Of a stretch of 64,000 bases of DNA, positions 27,266 through 39,135 are shown piece by piece. How positions within the stretch are numbered: position 1 is the stretch's first letter; every line of letters starts with the position of its first letter. Below the pieces are notes generated by a model that saw nothing but the letters and a program-made list of their open reading frames with translations, was not told the origin of the DNA and ran no database searches. Made by a program: the position numbers and the translations under genes. The stretch is taken from NCBI RefSeq assembly GCF_009834535.1, contig NC_045696.1:92444001-92508000 (forward strand), read 5' to 3'. Source of the stretch: Camelus ferus (taxonomy: Eukaryota).

Positions 27266-27998
27266 TAATACTATGATTTTAAGACTAGATAGGCTGTCTA
27301 AAAATAGCTCCTCTGCTACCTGAACTTCCACCAGTAGAGGTCTGTTTCTTTGTATATGACATGCTTTACAGATACACCAGGACCCCATCTTCAATTGGGA
27401 TAGCTTTGCTTTCACCTGTTTGGAGTGTTCTTCTGCATCATAATTGTTTGAAATACACTGTCCTAGAATTTATCTCCATCTAAACATTGGCACACATCAC
27501 AAAATGTGTAACTGTAATCTGAGGGAGCATCAGTGGGTAACTAGCTAAGGGCCAGCGAAGGAATCACTGGATGAGAGGCTGAAGTGCTAAAGGCATGGCG
27601 AGGTGTCCCATGATAAGTGAAAACGAGACCTGGGTACAGAGGAGGAAGTGCACCATCATTCAGTAACCTCCTGATTTGCTGCTGAGCCAGACCTGCAGGG
27701 TCATGGGGCTAAGAACTTCCATGGGTTCTGAGCCAGCCAGACAATTCTGACAACACACTCCTTCCAGATTCACTACAACTGCTTCATCTTAACTGTACAG
27801 CAAGGTACCTGTGCCTGAGATGGGGCAAAAGCTATCAACAGAACACTCTCTGAAGGAAGGCCAAGGGGGTCACATGTCTGCCTTGCTTTTCTCCACCAGC
27901 CAACTGCAGAGGCCTGTGGTGTGGTTCAAAATTCCTTGTTCTTGGAAACTCCCAGACATAGAAAATTTGCTCCATCAAATATCTAACTGTTAGAGGAT

Positions 27999-28473
27999 CA
28001 GGGCTTCTCAGAATCCCAAGAGTATGCTGGCCATATATGACTTCTTATTTTTCCTCACTATAAAAAATTTCCCATTGTTGCACCAAAAGAGATGCTTCTT
28101 ATTGTTCACGATCAGGGGAAATATACAGATTCAAACTTAAGCTCTGGTCTAAGATGGTCTGGATAAAGTTTAAAGATTTCTGCTTTCTGTGGTTCAGGGA
28201 GCTGAATGAAGTGCTTCATTTTCTTTATGAAATAGCGCATCCTAGTGGTACTCACAGGCACTGCAGAGAAATTTTGGAAGGGGTGTGGGGGTTTTTTTTG
28301 TTTGTTTTTTGTTTTGGGGTTTTTTCCTTGAGTAAAAACACATTCGATCTATAGTTGTTCCTTAGTCAGAAAAACCATGTCTCAAAATGCTTATTTTCTT
28401 TTATATGAAACAGCTGTCAACAATTCTATATGAGAAAAGGCGGGTTCATATAACTCAGTGTTTGCGAACCCTG
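27999..28473. mobile_element. Old hAT-like element
   Basis: Imperfect TIRs CAGGGCTTCTCA and TGCGAACCCTG. Confidence 0.4.
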
Positions 28474-28934
28474 AATTTCCAATGTTTTCATTATGTTTGA
28501 AGAAAGTGTTCAAATAAAATAAAGCAACTTTCCCTCTAGAAAACCACAAGTGGAAATTTCAAGACAAAATGAAAATAGTATTTCAAATCCAAGGGGTACT
28601 CATCTCTCACTCTTGCTTAAATTTTAAAGCATTTTGTATCTAAACCGACACTTCTAAAACACACTTGTTTTAGAACTTCTGTTCCATTTAATAAGAAATA
28701 AACACTCTGCCCTATTCTGAATAAGCCCCTTTCACTAAGCCTTCCAGGCCCTTCCCCAGCAGCCTATTCAGGTTTCAAGTAATCACACAGACTCTGAGCC
28801 TGGACCATCTCCTCGTGGGCAACGTTCCTCCAGAAATGCTGATGCCCGGAGAGCCACAGCCAGAGGACTCAGCAAATTAGCACAGGACCCGCGACCAACC
28901 AAAATGAGGCCAGTCTAAAATAAATCAGGTAGGC

Positions 28935-28959
28935 TTTTTTTTTTTTTTTTTTTTTTTTT
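28935..28959. repeat. T25 homopolymer
   Basis: Seen directly in the sequence. Confidence 0.9.
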
Positions 28960-30609
28960 AATGTGGAAAATACAACCCCCTGCACAGGTAGCATTTCTTC
29001 CTAGGCTTTTGATTTTCACGGTCATGGCCATAGCTACTTTTCAAGCAGATCTGAGTGTGCCAAGCGTTCCATGAAGAAAGTAGGTCGGGGAGTACGTGGT
29101 GAAAGGGGGCTGGCGGAGCCTGGGAGGAAGATGGTGAGTTCAGTTTAGGAACAAAAATAACTGTCAACTTCCACGCTGTGACGTGGACATTATGAACAGC
29201 AGAAAAGGCAAGGGGGGTAGTCTTTCCTCAGGGCCCACTCTGTGCCCCTTTACATGAGAAGTATTATCCTGTGAGGAGGGGCTTATGGGTATTTTCCTTT
29301 TATAGATAAGGAATCAGAGGATCAGAGAAAGGGGTGGTGCGGGGAGAAGCTGGTCTTCAAATCCTCCAGCCAGGACACCACATTCTCACGATCATAGGAC
29401 CCAGGGAAAGATTTTTCAGAGTGAAAACTAGAATCTTTAGGAATCTGCATTTAGAGATCGATGAAAACTATCAGTTAATGAATGTTTTCAAATGTCTTTG
29501 TGACAAGCTGGTAGGTGAGGAGGGTTTCTGTCTAGCTTTCCCGCCCTCTTCTTCAGGCCCCCCTCCCTGACCCTGCACAGCCCAGCAGCGCTGTGTGGTG
29601 CCTGGACACCCAAGCTTTCCCCTTGATCGAGTCTAGAATCTTCCCTTCCTGTCTCCTGTTTTCAGGTCAGGACTGGCCAATGCCCTGTTCCCTTCTTGGT
29701 CTGCTGCCTTTTGGCTTAGCTTACCCAGTCCCATTTTAGCAGGAGAACTGATGCCTCCAGCTGAAGGAATTCCCAGGCTCTATGGCCAGCAGATGGGAGG
29801 GTATGGAAGGTACCAGTGGGAGTTTTAGTCCTTTTAATTTCTCTCCAACTTAAATATTTCTATTGTAGACACAATGCTAGGCACTGGAAATACACAGACT
29901 TGATAAAAGATGATTTTTATCTTTATATTACACCATTCGGAGAATAGTTTATTCCAATGCTTCGTGAGGCCATTTTGATTAAGTAGGAGGCCATGTGTGA
30001 AGTGAAAAGGAAAAAAATGATTTCTCAATAGATTCTAAGGATATATTCTGATAGGAGAAGCAAAAAATGTATATAAGCAAGTGAGAAAAGGAGTGTGATA
30101 TGCTCAGAACTATGCAAGATTCAATCTATAGGTGTTTATTTTCTGCCTCTCTCTCTTTTTTAGCTACATCACCGCACGCTTTTTCTTGCAACCTCTGAAA
30201 GATGCCTAAATGATGGATTCCTAGGATTGATTAAGAAGGAGGTGAAGCAAACAAACTCGGTTTGTTAGGCTCCCAATCTGGCAGGCAGTAGGCTAAGCAC
30301 TTCATTTAATTCTCAAACACTGTCGTGAGGTAAGTTGAACTAAGCCCATTTTACAGATGAGGAAACTGAGACTCAGCAAGGTTAAGTAACACACTGTATC
30401 TAAGATGCAGGAGAAAATATGGGGCTAGAGCACTATTTGTAGGGGAAGGGGGTGTTCCTGCTTGTCTCTGGGGTCTTTCTGTTCCACAACTTCTGAAAAT
30501 TTTCCCAAAGAAGCAATACACACCAAGTGCAGAGCATGGGGGGACCACAAAACAGTATAAGCTCTAGTTGTTCTCCTCGAAGTGACAACAGCATACTTTT
30601 GAAAGTAAG

Positions 30610-30640
<31 letters not shown>

Positions 30641-30914
30641 AACAACCCAAACTATATGGGACAAAGATAGGTCATGCTGTGAGCGATAATGGAGAGCCTG
30701 TGGGTTGGATTTGCTTCAGCAACAGAGACATGTAAGAATGTTCTAGATGGACAAAGTAATGAGTGAGACTCAATGCTTCAAGACAGGGATGGAAGGTCAG
30801 TGTGCCAAGAAGTAGGACTGAAGCAGATTGCAGAGCAGGAAGAGCAGTGCCTGGGAGAGGGGACTAGAGCAGGCTGGTGAGTATGACTGGGCCACAGCAC
30901 CCCCAGGAGGCAGT

Positions 30915-31055
30915 GCATGGGGTGTGTGATGTGCGTGGTATGTATGGGGGCGGTATGAGGTATGTGCGTGGTATGTGTGGGGTGCGTGTGTGTTGTGTGG
31001 GGGTTGTCTGTACAGATGTGTTGGCATGGGGTGGGATGGGGTGGGAAGGCTGGGA
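30915..31055. repeat. GT-rich low-complexity tract
   Basis: Degenerate repeats such as TGTGCGTGGTATGT and GGGGTG. Confidence 0.8.
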
Positions 31056-31993
31056 AAAATGCTGATTGGGTAGAGAAAGCACTGGGACCCAAAGGACAAG
31101 GGTTCTAGCCCCTGGTTTGTTGCTGGCTAGACAAGCAACTTCAGGCTGGTCACCCAGTATCTCTAAGCCTTGATTTTTTTCAGCTGTAAAGCAGGAATTG
31201 GAGCAGCTTATCTCGGAGGTCTTCCCACATCATTAATTCCAAAACTTCCCCCTCCCTTTTCTTATTTGCCCTCTCCCACCTTCAGATCGTGGTTGTTAGA
31301 AAATTTATCTTTGTTTGGCAAATAGCATAATTTTTTTTTAAATTTGAGAAATAACTGTTTTATTCCATTGCCCTGGACAAGCCCTGTCATTATAAAGTAG
31401 CAGAATCTGTGTCATTATTGGAGAATGTTTTAATTGTAAATAATTTCAAACTAATCAATGCAGTTTCTATTAAACCAATGTCACTTCTACTACAGCCACT
31501 TGCTTTTGCTGAATTGTTATTTGATATGATGCCCTTGTTAATATTAATGAGAAAGAGCCCTAGCAATCTCACTGCTGTGCTTACTACAAGGATATTTCTG
31601 AGGACGTTATTCATGACACAAAGAAGGACCACGAGAGCTTTCTCTGTGATCTCCAGATCAGAAAGAAGTGTTCTACCATTGAGCAGCCAGCTCATGTCCA
31701 CCTCAAGGACCCCGGGACTGCTGTGAAGAGCTCTGGTGCAGCGGGGAAGCGCGGAGCCAAATCCAAGCCCCAGTGCACGGCTCCCCCGTGCCATGCTCGC
31801 TTACCCCAGGCTGCCTTCCCTTCCTGCTCCTAACCCTTCTTGGCCTCATCTTTTCTTCCTTTTAATTTATTTGTATCTTTCTGAATGATATGCAGTTAGG
31901 TACCTTAAATACCTCTTGAAACAAGGAGGTTTAAAAATAAACACAAACAAAGAAATAAATAACCCATACAAGTGAAAATTTTGTTTTCTAGAC

Positions 31994-32328
31994 CAGGGGT
32001 CAGCAAACTATGCCTGCTGGCCAAATCTGGCCTGCCACTTGTTTTTGTATGGTTCACAAGATAAGATTGTCTTATATATGTTTTAATGGTTTGGGAGAGA
32101 AAAAAAAAAGGTGGATTTGTGGGATGAGAAAATTATATGAAACTCAAATTTCAGCATCCGTAAATAAAGTGTAACTGGAACATGGCCACACCCGCTCCTT
32201 TGCTTACTGTTCACAGCTACTTGCACCTACAAGGGCAGGCTTCCATGGGTCGGACAAAGGCAGATGTGGTCCAGGAGCTTAAAATACTTAATACCTGGCC
32301 TTTTACAGGAAACATTTGCTGTCCCCTG
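31994..32328 (+). mobile_element. MER58B-like hAT-Charlie MITE
   Basis: TIRs CAGGGGTCAGCAAA / TTTGCTGTCCCCTG; degenerate 8-bp TSD TTCTAGAC/GATTAGAC; internal GGCCAAATCTGGCCTGCC and TAAATAAAGT..ACTGGAAC. Confidence 0.85.
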
Positions 32329-35300
32329 GATTAGACCTTCATTTTACATCCGTTTGAGTTCCTCCTGGCTTGTGTGAGAATTACAAAACTGCTTCAAAGC
32401 TGGGTGTTTACTGCATCTTTACTCAATCTAGATATTTTGTGCTCTATCCACAAAACTACTTCACAGTATAGTTTTATCTTGACCCAAGCTCAGGTTCACT
32501 GTCCGGCTCAGAGTTCAGTGCTTTGTAACAGAGATAGCCTCTTAGAAATGACTGAAGGACCCTCTTGGGTGACTATTTTATAGACACTAATAAAATGAAT
32601 TCACAAAAAACTTCTATTTTTGCTGAAAATTCTAAGCCAACAGAAGGATCGACACAGCGACTTGGCACTTTTTACACCACATTCAAACAATTTCCTCTGG
32701 TTTCTTTTTGGTTGATACACGTGTTTGCATATTTACTGATTTTTTTTCCTCCCCTGGTCACCCTTAGTTAGAAATATAACCAAGTCTCCATGGAAACACA
32801 ACATAATGCTCTCTCACAGATGATCGAGGGACCCAAGCAGCTGGTATTGGGCTGAAGGCTGCAATGGCATCTGACCAAATTAGGAAGAGAAAACAGCTTA
32901 CCCGGCTCTTCCAGACCTCTCAGAATTCTAAGCTCAGCATGGAAACCTGCACAGATTGTGAGTTACTGCAGATTTTTAATTCTTTCTTTTCTTTCTGAGA
33001 ATACTCTTATCTGTTTGTAGGTCTCAGCTATAGACTTTCATCCCCTGCCCCCAGGATGATTGCCAAGGCTCTCCAGAATAAGCAGGAAGACACAGAATAA
33101 GCTCACCTTAGTGAGCACCTACTGTGCGTTAGGCACTTACATGTCGCAGTTGGCCCCGCGTCACACGGTTTGTAAACCAGAAGGGCTGGGATTTGAACTC
33201 TGGTCTGATTAACAGCAAAGCCCATCTCTTCCCACTACTTATGAAATCATACCCTTCAGAAAGAAGGAAATAGAAAAGACAGGTTGAACGAGATCTTCTG
33301 ACATAGCCATGGTCTCTGTGGAGAGGTGGAAATCAAGATAAAAAGAACACAGACGTCTCCTTCTCACCTAACCCCAGCTGAGTTTACAAGAAGTCAAGGT
33401 CAGAAGCCGGGCTGGGGAGGAACCGAGAGAACCTGGATTCTCTTCCCTAAAAATCCCTCCCTAATGCTAAAGGAGGATATTTTAAATAAGGATAATTAGT
33501 AAGTGTCTTGAAAAGAGAATAAAGCACTACGGACATTCAGAGGAAGGAGGTGTGCTTCAGGCTGGGCAGAGGGGTAACGGACATACGTATTGGGAAGAGG
33601 GGGCAAAACATGGCAAGCTCACCAGTAACTCAAAGCCTAGGCTCTTTTCTGGGGCCAATTATCTATTTAACTGTACTTTTCTCTCCTCATATTCTGATCT
33701 GGGAACAGTGGTCTCTGAAGCCCCATTTCTTACTAGTATGACCGAATGGCACGTGCAGTTGCCAAAGAGCCTGTCTCTGTGAGCAGGAACCTGCCAGCCT
33801 TGCTCTCCAGGGCGTCTTGAAGAGTCACCTCTGAACTGTGCTCTAAGACCGTGCAGAGGATGGGCTCTGCAGGGGGCCTGGGGAACCAAGCTGGGATGGC
33901 TGCTCCCCTCAGGCAGGTGGACGCCAAGCCCCCAACTTCAGTTAGGACGCCTCTGCTCTTCTCTGTTTCAAGAAAGTATTCCTTTGCTTCATAACCATCA
34001 TAACCACTTAGAAAACACTGTCCTAGAACATATTTTGTCTCATCATTGGCACACATCACAAAATATGTAATTGGTATTTAAACCAGGGCTTTGAAAGAGG
34101 CATGCCCTCTGAAGTTTTATAAAGAGTTCACAGTGAGACCAACCATCATGGGACAAAGATACAAAGGCAGATCATATGGTAAAAAACGAGACAGTCCATC
34201 CTCACCTGACCTATATTCCAACCACTGTCACCACTGAGGGTCAAGGAAAGCATGGAGAAGAGAGGGAGAGAACTTGGAGAGTCAGAGAGGCGGCAGCTCG
34301 CTCTAGCGAGGACAGAGCAGGAAAGATGGGTGAGGAATGACGGCATCTCCTGCTCCATCCCAGTGTGTGGGGCCAGGGGCTCTCTTGGAAAGGCTGCTGG
34401 ATGCTTCCTAGGCTCCACTTCTAAAGCATGATGGAGTGGGCTGTCCTATGTTTATACACCCTGCAAACCTAGAAGAGGTCCTTCCTCTCCCACACGAGCC
34501 CTTTATTGCATAAAGAATCTGTGTGAGATACTTTGCTCTCCAGAGAGGAGCCATCTCATTGAAAATTGCTTTATTAATCAAATTGGCTGATAACTAGAGC
34601 AGTAGCTATTACATTAAAATAGACCTTTAGATTATGGAAAAATAAAATCATTTAGGGACATCTTGTCCACACCAAAACAATCTTATTCTGTGAACCAGAC
34701 ATTCTGACGTGAGCTAAGACAGCTCTTTATAAATGCTAAGGTTTCCTGTTTTTCAGTTTGGGGTTTGTTTTGTTCGCTCTGTTTTCAGTTTTCAGCATCC
34801 TTGTCCTTCTGAATGGCTTTTGCTCAGCCTCCTGGATGCTTAAAACTTCAGGCATTTGTCAAGGAAGTATTTGTGCAGGCACTGCTGGGTGATCTGGCTA
34901 AGCACAGACACACAGAGGTTTGAACAATACCTGCTCTGAAAAAGAATGATACTTCCCATCTCAGAGCAATTTTAAAAGATTATACCTCCAACCCCATACC
35001 AGGAAAAAGTTTCTCCTTTTCGTTAATCTTTTACAGAATAAATGATGGTGTTGGAAGGTTAGAGAACAACCAGTAATTTATCTTGGGCTACACTGATAAA
35101 AAGTGCTGTCATTTTAAGAAGAACTTGCTCAGTTTCAGGAACTCTTTTATTAGCTATTAGCACGACCGCATGATTCAGGCTGAAAAGAAAATAACAGCCT
35201 TGAAGCCCAGGCAGCATTAAAAAAAATTCTATTCTTAATTTATAAATTCCCTTACGAAGAATAGAGCCCCCATTCTTCATCATGACCTGCTAAATACTTT

Positions 35301-35581
35301 TGCTTAAGTATCAAGCCAAAGACATTTCTACTGGCACCCGGTTAGGAACTTCCACAGGTGAACTTGTCTAGCACCATGTAATCTTTGAAGCAAAGAGAAA
35401 GTAGACAATTTAAAGCTTGGAAAAAGAAGGGAGCCCAAGAAGAGGGCTCACGGCACTCATTTTTCTTTTCCCGTTTCTCTGCAGTGTTTGTTTTGCTCTT
35501 CCAAACCCTCTTTCTTTAATAACAACCATCTTTGACTACAGCACAGTGCCCTGGTTGGATGCCATTACAACCAGCAAGTAC

Positions 35582-35823
35582 CTGTAAGCCATGCCCGTCT
35601 CTGCCCTGGTGGTTTCCTGCAACGAAATTCCATGGACATGTAAAAACTTCTCCAGATATTTCCGTTCCGTAGCTCCACTGGGCCTAACAGGCCAGCAGGC
35701 TGTCTGAGGAGGAGGCTTGGTTACAGCTAGGTGCCGTCTACATTTCAGAGCCGATTCACTGGATTTGGGCAGACCCAGCTTGGGGCTGGGGATGTCTGCA
35801 CAGGCAGGTTTATACAGATGCAT
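35582..35823 (-). CDS. KCNAB1: KCNAB1 alternative first coding exon, Kvbeta1.2 N-terminal inactivation domain (242 nt, phase-2 end)
   Basis: Translation MHLYKPACADIPSPKLGLPKSSESALKCRRHLAVTKPPPQTACWPVRPSGATERKYLEKFLHVHGISLQETTRAETGMAYR matches the recalled Kvbeta1.2 N-terminus. The exon ends TAC AG|GTACTT with donor GT at 35581-35580, the same phase as the Kvbeta1.3 exon. Confidence 0.96.
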
Positions 35824-36409
35824 GCTTCAAAAACCCAAGGAAGCCGAGCGAATTTCACAGTACTTAGCTCTGAGACTGGCTGTATCTTGCTCTGATTATC
35901 TTGGGTTATCTGGCTTTGGTATGTCCCTAAGAAGGATCAGCTTGTTTTCCTTAGATGTCCTTTATTGCTTTTGTATGCAAGGAAGCTTGTGAGTTCCTGG
36001 CAGAACTGCTGGTTACAAGTCCCTCCCGAAGCTTGTGCAGAAAGAAGCCTGACAAAGGCCAATCATATTTCTTTTCCCTATAAAGTTTGCAAAGTTGAAC
36101 TTAAGCAACCTCGTATTGGCCCTGGGGGAAAAAAATATGTGCACCCTTCCCCATGTCTTTCTATTTAGGTAAAAGGAAATATTTTGGTGGGCTATGGGCC
36201 AAATGCTCTGTTCTCATAAGGACCATAAGGCCTTAGGGATGATTCATAAGTGTGTAATGAGACCTCTCCAAATCATCGAATATTTCATAATCAAATAATG
36301 TATTATATTAGTGACATGGTTCATTTGGGTGGAAGGCCAACCTTTTTCTTTTTCAGATGCTGTAGTCAAATCGTAGGAACTATCAATAAGATGGCTGTAA
36401 AAAGCAAAG

Positions 36410-37672
36410 GACCCACACAAACACGCCCAGCTGATTTTTGACAAGGATGCAAGAGCAGTTCAACAGGACCGGCTTTTCCATCAACAGTGCTGGAGCAACT
36501 GGGCATGTATGAGCAGAAACAAAGTAACTCAGCAAATGAACCCCTGACATAAACCTCATATTGTTAACTCAGATCGGATCACAGACTTAAATGTAAAATG
36601 CAAAACTATAAAACTTCCAAGTAAAAACTTAGGAGAGAACTTTCAGGACCTAGGGCTAAGAGAAGAATTCTTAGACTTAATGCCAAAAACATAATCCATA
36701 AAAGGAAAAATGTGTAAGTTGAATCTCATCAACATTCAGAACTCCTGCTCTGTGAAAGACCCTGTAAAGCAAATGAAAAAAAACAAATTACAGATTGAGA
36801 GAAATCGGTCTTTCACATCACATATCTGACAAAGAACTTACATCCAGAACATATTTAAAAACTCAAACTCAAAACTCACCAATAAAAGCATAAACTGTCC
36901 AATGAGCAAATGGAAAGAAGATATGAAAGACTTTTCATGAAGAGGAACAACAAATAAGCACATGAAAAGGTGTTTAATCATCAGCCATCAGGGAAAACGC
37001 AAACCAAATCCACAATGAGCTGTCACTACACACCTACCAGAATAGCTAAAATCAAAGTGGTAATAACACTAAATGCTGGCAGGGATTCAGAGAAATTGGA
37101 TCACTCTTAAATTGCTGCTAGGAATATAAAATGGTGCCACCACTTTGAAAAGAGTATGGCAGTTTCTTATAAAACTAAACACATCAAACTTACCCTATGA
37201 CACAGCAATTTACTCTTGGGTATTTATCCCAGAGAAATGAAATCTATGTTCGCACAAAAACCTGTACACAAAGGTTCACAGTAGTTTTATTCATAATATC
37301 CCCAAACTTTCTGCAGTGGGTGAATGGTAAACCGTGGTATATCCATGCTATGAATACTACTCAGGAATAGAAAGGAATGAACAACTGATACAAACAACAA
37401 TGTGGATAAATCTAAGTGGAATGATGCTGAATGAAAAAAGCCAAAGTCAAAGGGTACATAACTGAATGATTCCAATTATATCACATTTTTGATTGGACAG
37501 GATTAGAGACATGGGTGGCCAGTTAGTGGTTGCCAGGGAAGAGGAAAGGGAAGGAGGTGCCTCTGGCTATAAAAAGGGTAGACGAGGGATTCCTGTGCTT
37601 GAAGTGTTATGTCTTCACTATGGTGGTGGTCACACCAATTTACAGATATGCTAAAACTACGTAGAACTAAGT

Positions 37673-37744
<72 letters not shown>

Positions 37745-37950
37745 AAGCATGTAAAACCAGTGAAATCTGAGTAAGGTCAGTGGCTTGCATCGTTGTCAGT
37801 TTCCTAACTGTGATAGATACTGAAACTGTAGTTATGCAAAATATCTTCATTGGGGGAAACTGGTTAAAGGGTGTATGGGATCTCTCTATATTGTTTCTTA
37901 CAACTGCATGTGAATCCATAATTATCTCAAAATAAAAAGTTTAAAAAAAA
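36410..37950 (+). mobile_element. Ancient LINE-1 (L1MC-like) ORF2 3' part plus 3' UTR
   Basis: Degenerate ORF2-like DNA (CTGATTTTTGACAAGG, AAAACTATAAAACTT, CACTACACACCTACCAGAATAGCTAAAAT) and an L1MC-type terminus (TTTCTTACAACTGCATGTGAATC...CTCAAAATAAAAAGTTT-A8). Confidence 0.8.
37676..37742. repeat. (CA)33 microsatellite
   Basis: Uninterrupted CA run inside the L1MC-like 3' UTR. Confidence 0.97.
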
Positions 37951-38239
37951 TGCAAAGAGGCTCCTCAGATGAAGGTCCTTCCACCTTGTGATTCCATCTG
38001 TGACTCTCCAACCATGATTCCTGGACATGAAAGTTTCATCCAGCTCAACAGGCTTCCTGATCCCAGCCTACCAATTACCACATCTTTTTTCATGTGGCTT
38101 CTCCCCAATCCCTTCAAATGTTCCTTCAAAGCTCACCTCCTCCAGGAATTCTTCCCCGACCTCCTAGCCCCTAGAATAAAATCATTCCTTGAAATTCCTT
38201 TTGCAATTCACTTCCAAAGCACTCACTCGACAATTCTAA

Positions 38240-39135
38240 ACTGTTTCCCAAATGTTTGCAGACCCCTGATGATTTCTGCCATATTTTTGTACCACCTGTA
38301 CCATTATTTATTTGCTGTTTGGAATTAATGTACTTTTTATTAGTCTAAATCAATTTACTTAGTGTTATGCACTGAATGTTTGTGTCCCTCTAAAAAATAT
38401 CTTGTGTTGAAATTAATCTCCATCCTGACGGTATTTAAAGATGAGGACTTTGAGGTGTGATTACGTCATGAGGGTGGAGCCCTCGTGGATGGGATTAGTG
38501 CTGTTGTAAGAAGAGCCCAGACAGTTGGCTTGCTCTCTTTCTGCCATGTGAGGACACAGCAAAAGACGATTGTCTGTAAAACAGAAGAGGGCTCTCTCTA
38601 GAACCTGACCATGCACACACCCTGGTTTTGGACTTCCCTACCTCCAGAACCATGAAAAATAAATGTTTGTTGCTTAAACCACATAGTCTATAGTAATGTG
38701 CCATAGCAACCTTAACTAAGACATTTAGTAATAAAACATATTACTAGCATCATAAATAGAAAAACTTTATCACTTGCAATAAAATAGAGTGAAATCTATA
38801 AAAAATAAATAAAAATGAAGACTAGTATTAAACTGTAGCTAGGCATTGTTGGTGTCCAAAGGCTCTGAACTAGAGTCTTATCTTTTTGTTTTTTTGTTGA
38901 GATGATTAGAAGATGTCAGAGAGGTGTTAAAGATTTTAGCACAGATCTGAGACTTTGTTGTTGTTTTTTTCTTTCTCTCTCTTTTAAGTAATCAGAAGAA
39001 TTGAAAGGAAATTGATACAGGAATATGCCACCTTTACAAAGGGAATCAAACCTATTTAATGCCCCATCTGTGTACCCGCTAAAATCATCTTCTTGTCCAC
39101 CAGCGGTACTTGTACCTACTTTGAGAAACATAGGC
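38240..39135. mobile_element. Old hAT-Charlie-like DNA transposon remnant hosting the MLT1A
   Basis: Degenerate terminal inverted repeats CTGTTTCCCAAA (~38241) and TTTGAGAAACATAG (~39120-39133) around an AT-rich interior. Confidence 0.4.
38363..38723 (+). mobile_element. MLT1A-type MaLR solo LTR
   Basis: TGTTATGCACTGAATGTTTGTGTCCC...GCCATGTGAGGACACAGC...AATAAATGTTTGTTG...AACTAAGACA. 5-bp TSD CTTAG/TTTAG (4/5). Confidence 0.85.

Larger units (their letters stand above)
1..35581 (-). other. KCNAB1: KCNAB1 intronic sequence downstream of the Kvbeta1.2 exon (continues beyond the window start)
   Basis: Lies 3' of both alternative exons in gene orientation. Neither the Kvbeta1.1 exon (MQVSIAC...) nor the core exon (NLGKSGLRVSCLGLG) appears in the ORF track. 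Confidence 0.85.

Noticed and set aside
28935..29200. T25 as the tail of a minus-strand retrocopy
   Set aside because: No recognisable gene or SINE body, polyadenylation signal or TSD adjacent.
31390..31794. 134-aa minus-strand ORF as a further KCNAB1 first exon
   Set aside because: Does not match Kvbeta1.1 and lacks the TGMxxR/GT donor ending shared by the real exons.
35536..35581. C-terminal YLLVVMASNQGTVL of the 95-aa ORF
   Set aside because: Intronic read-through beyond the GT donor; not part of Kvbeta1.2.
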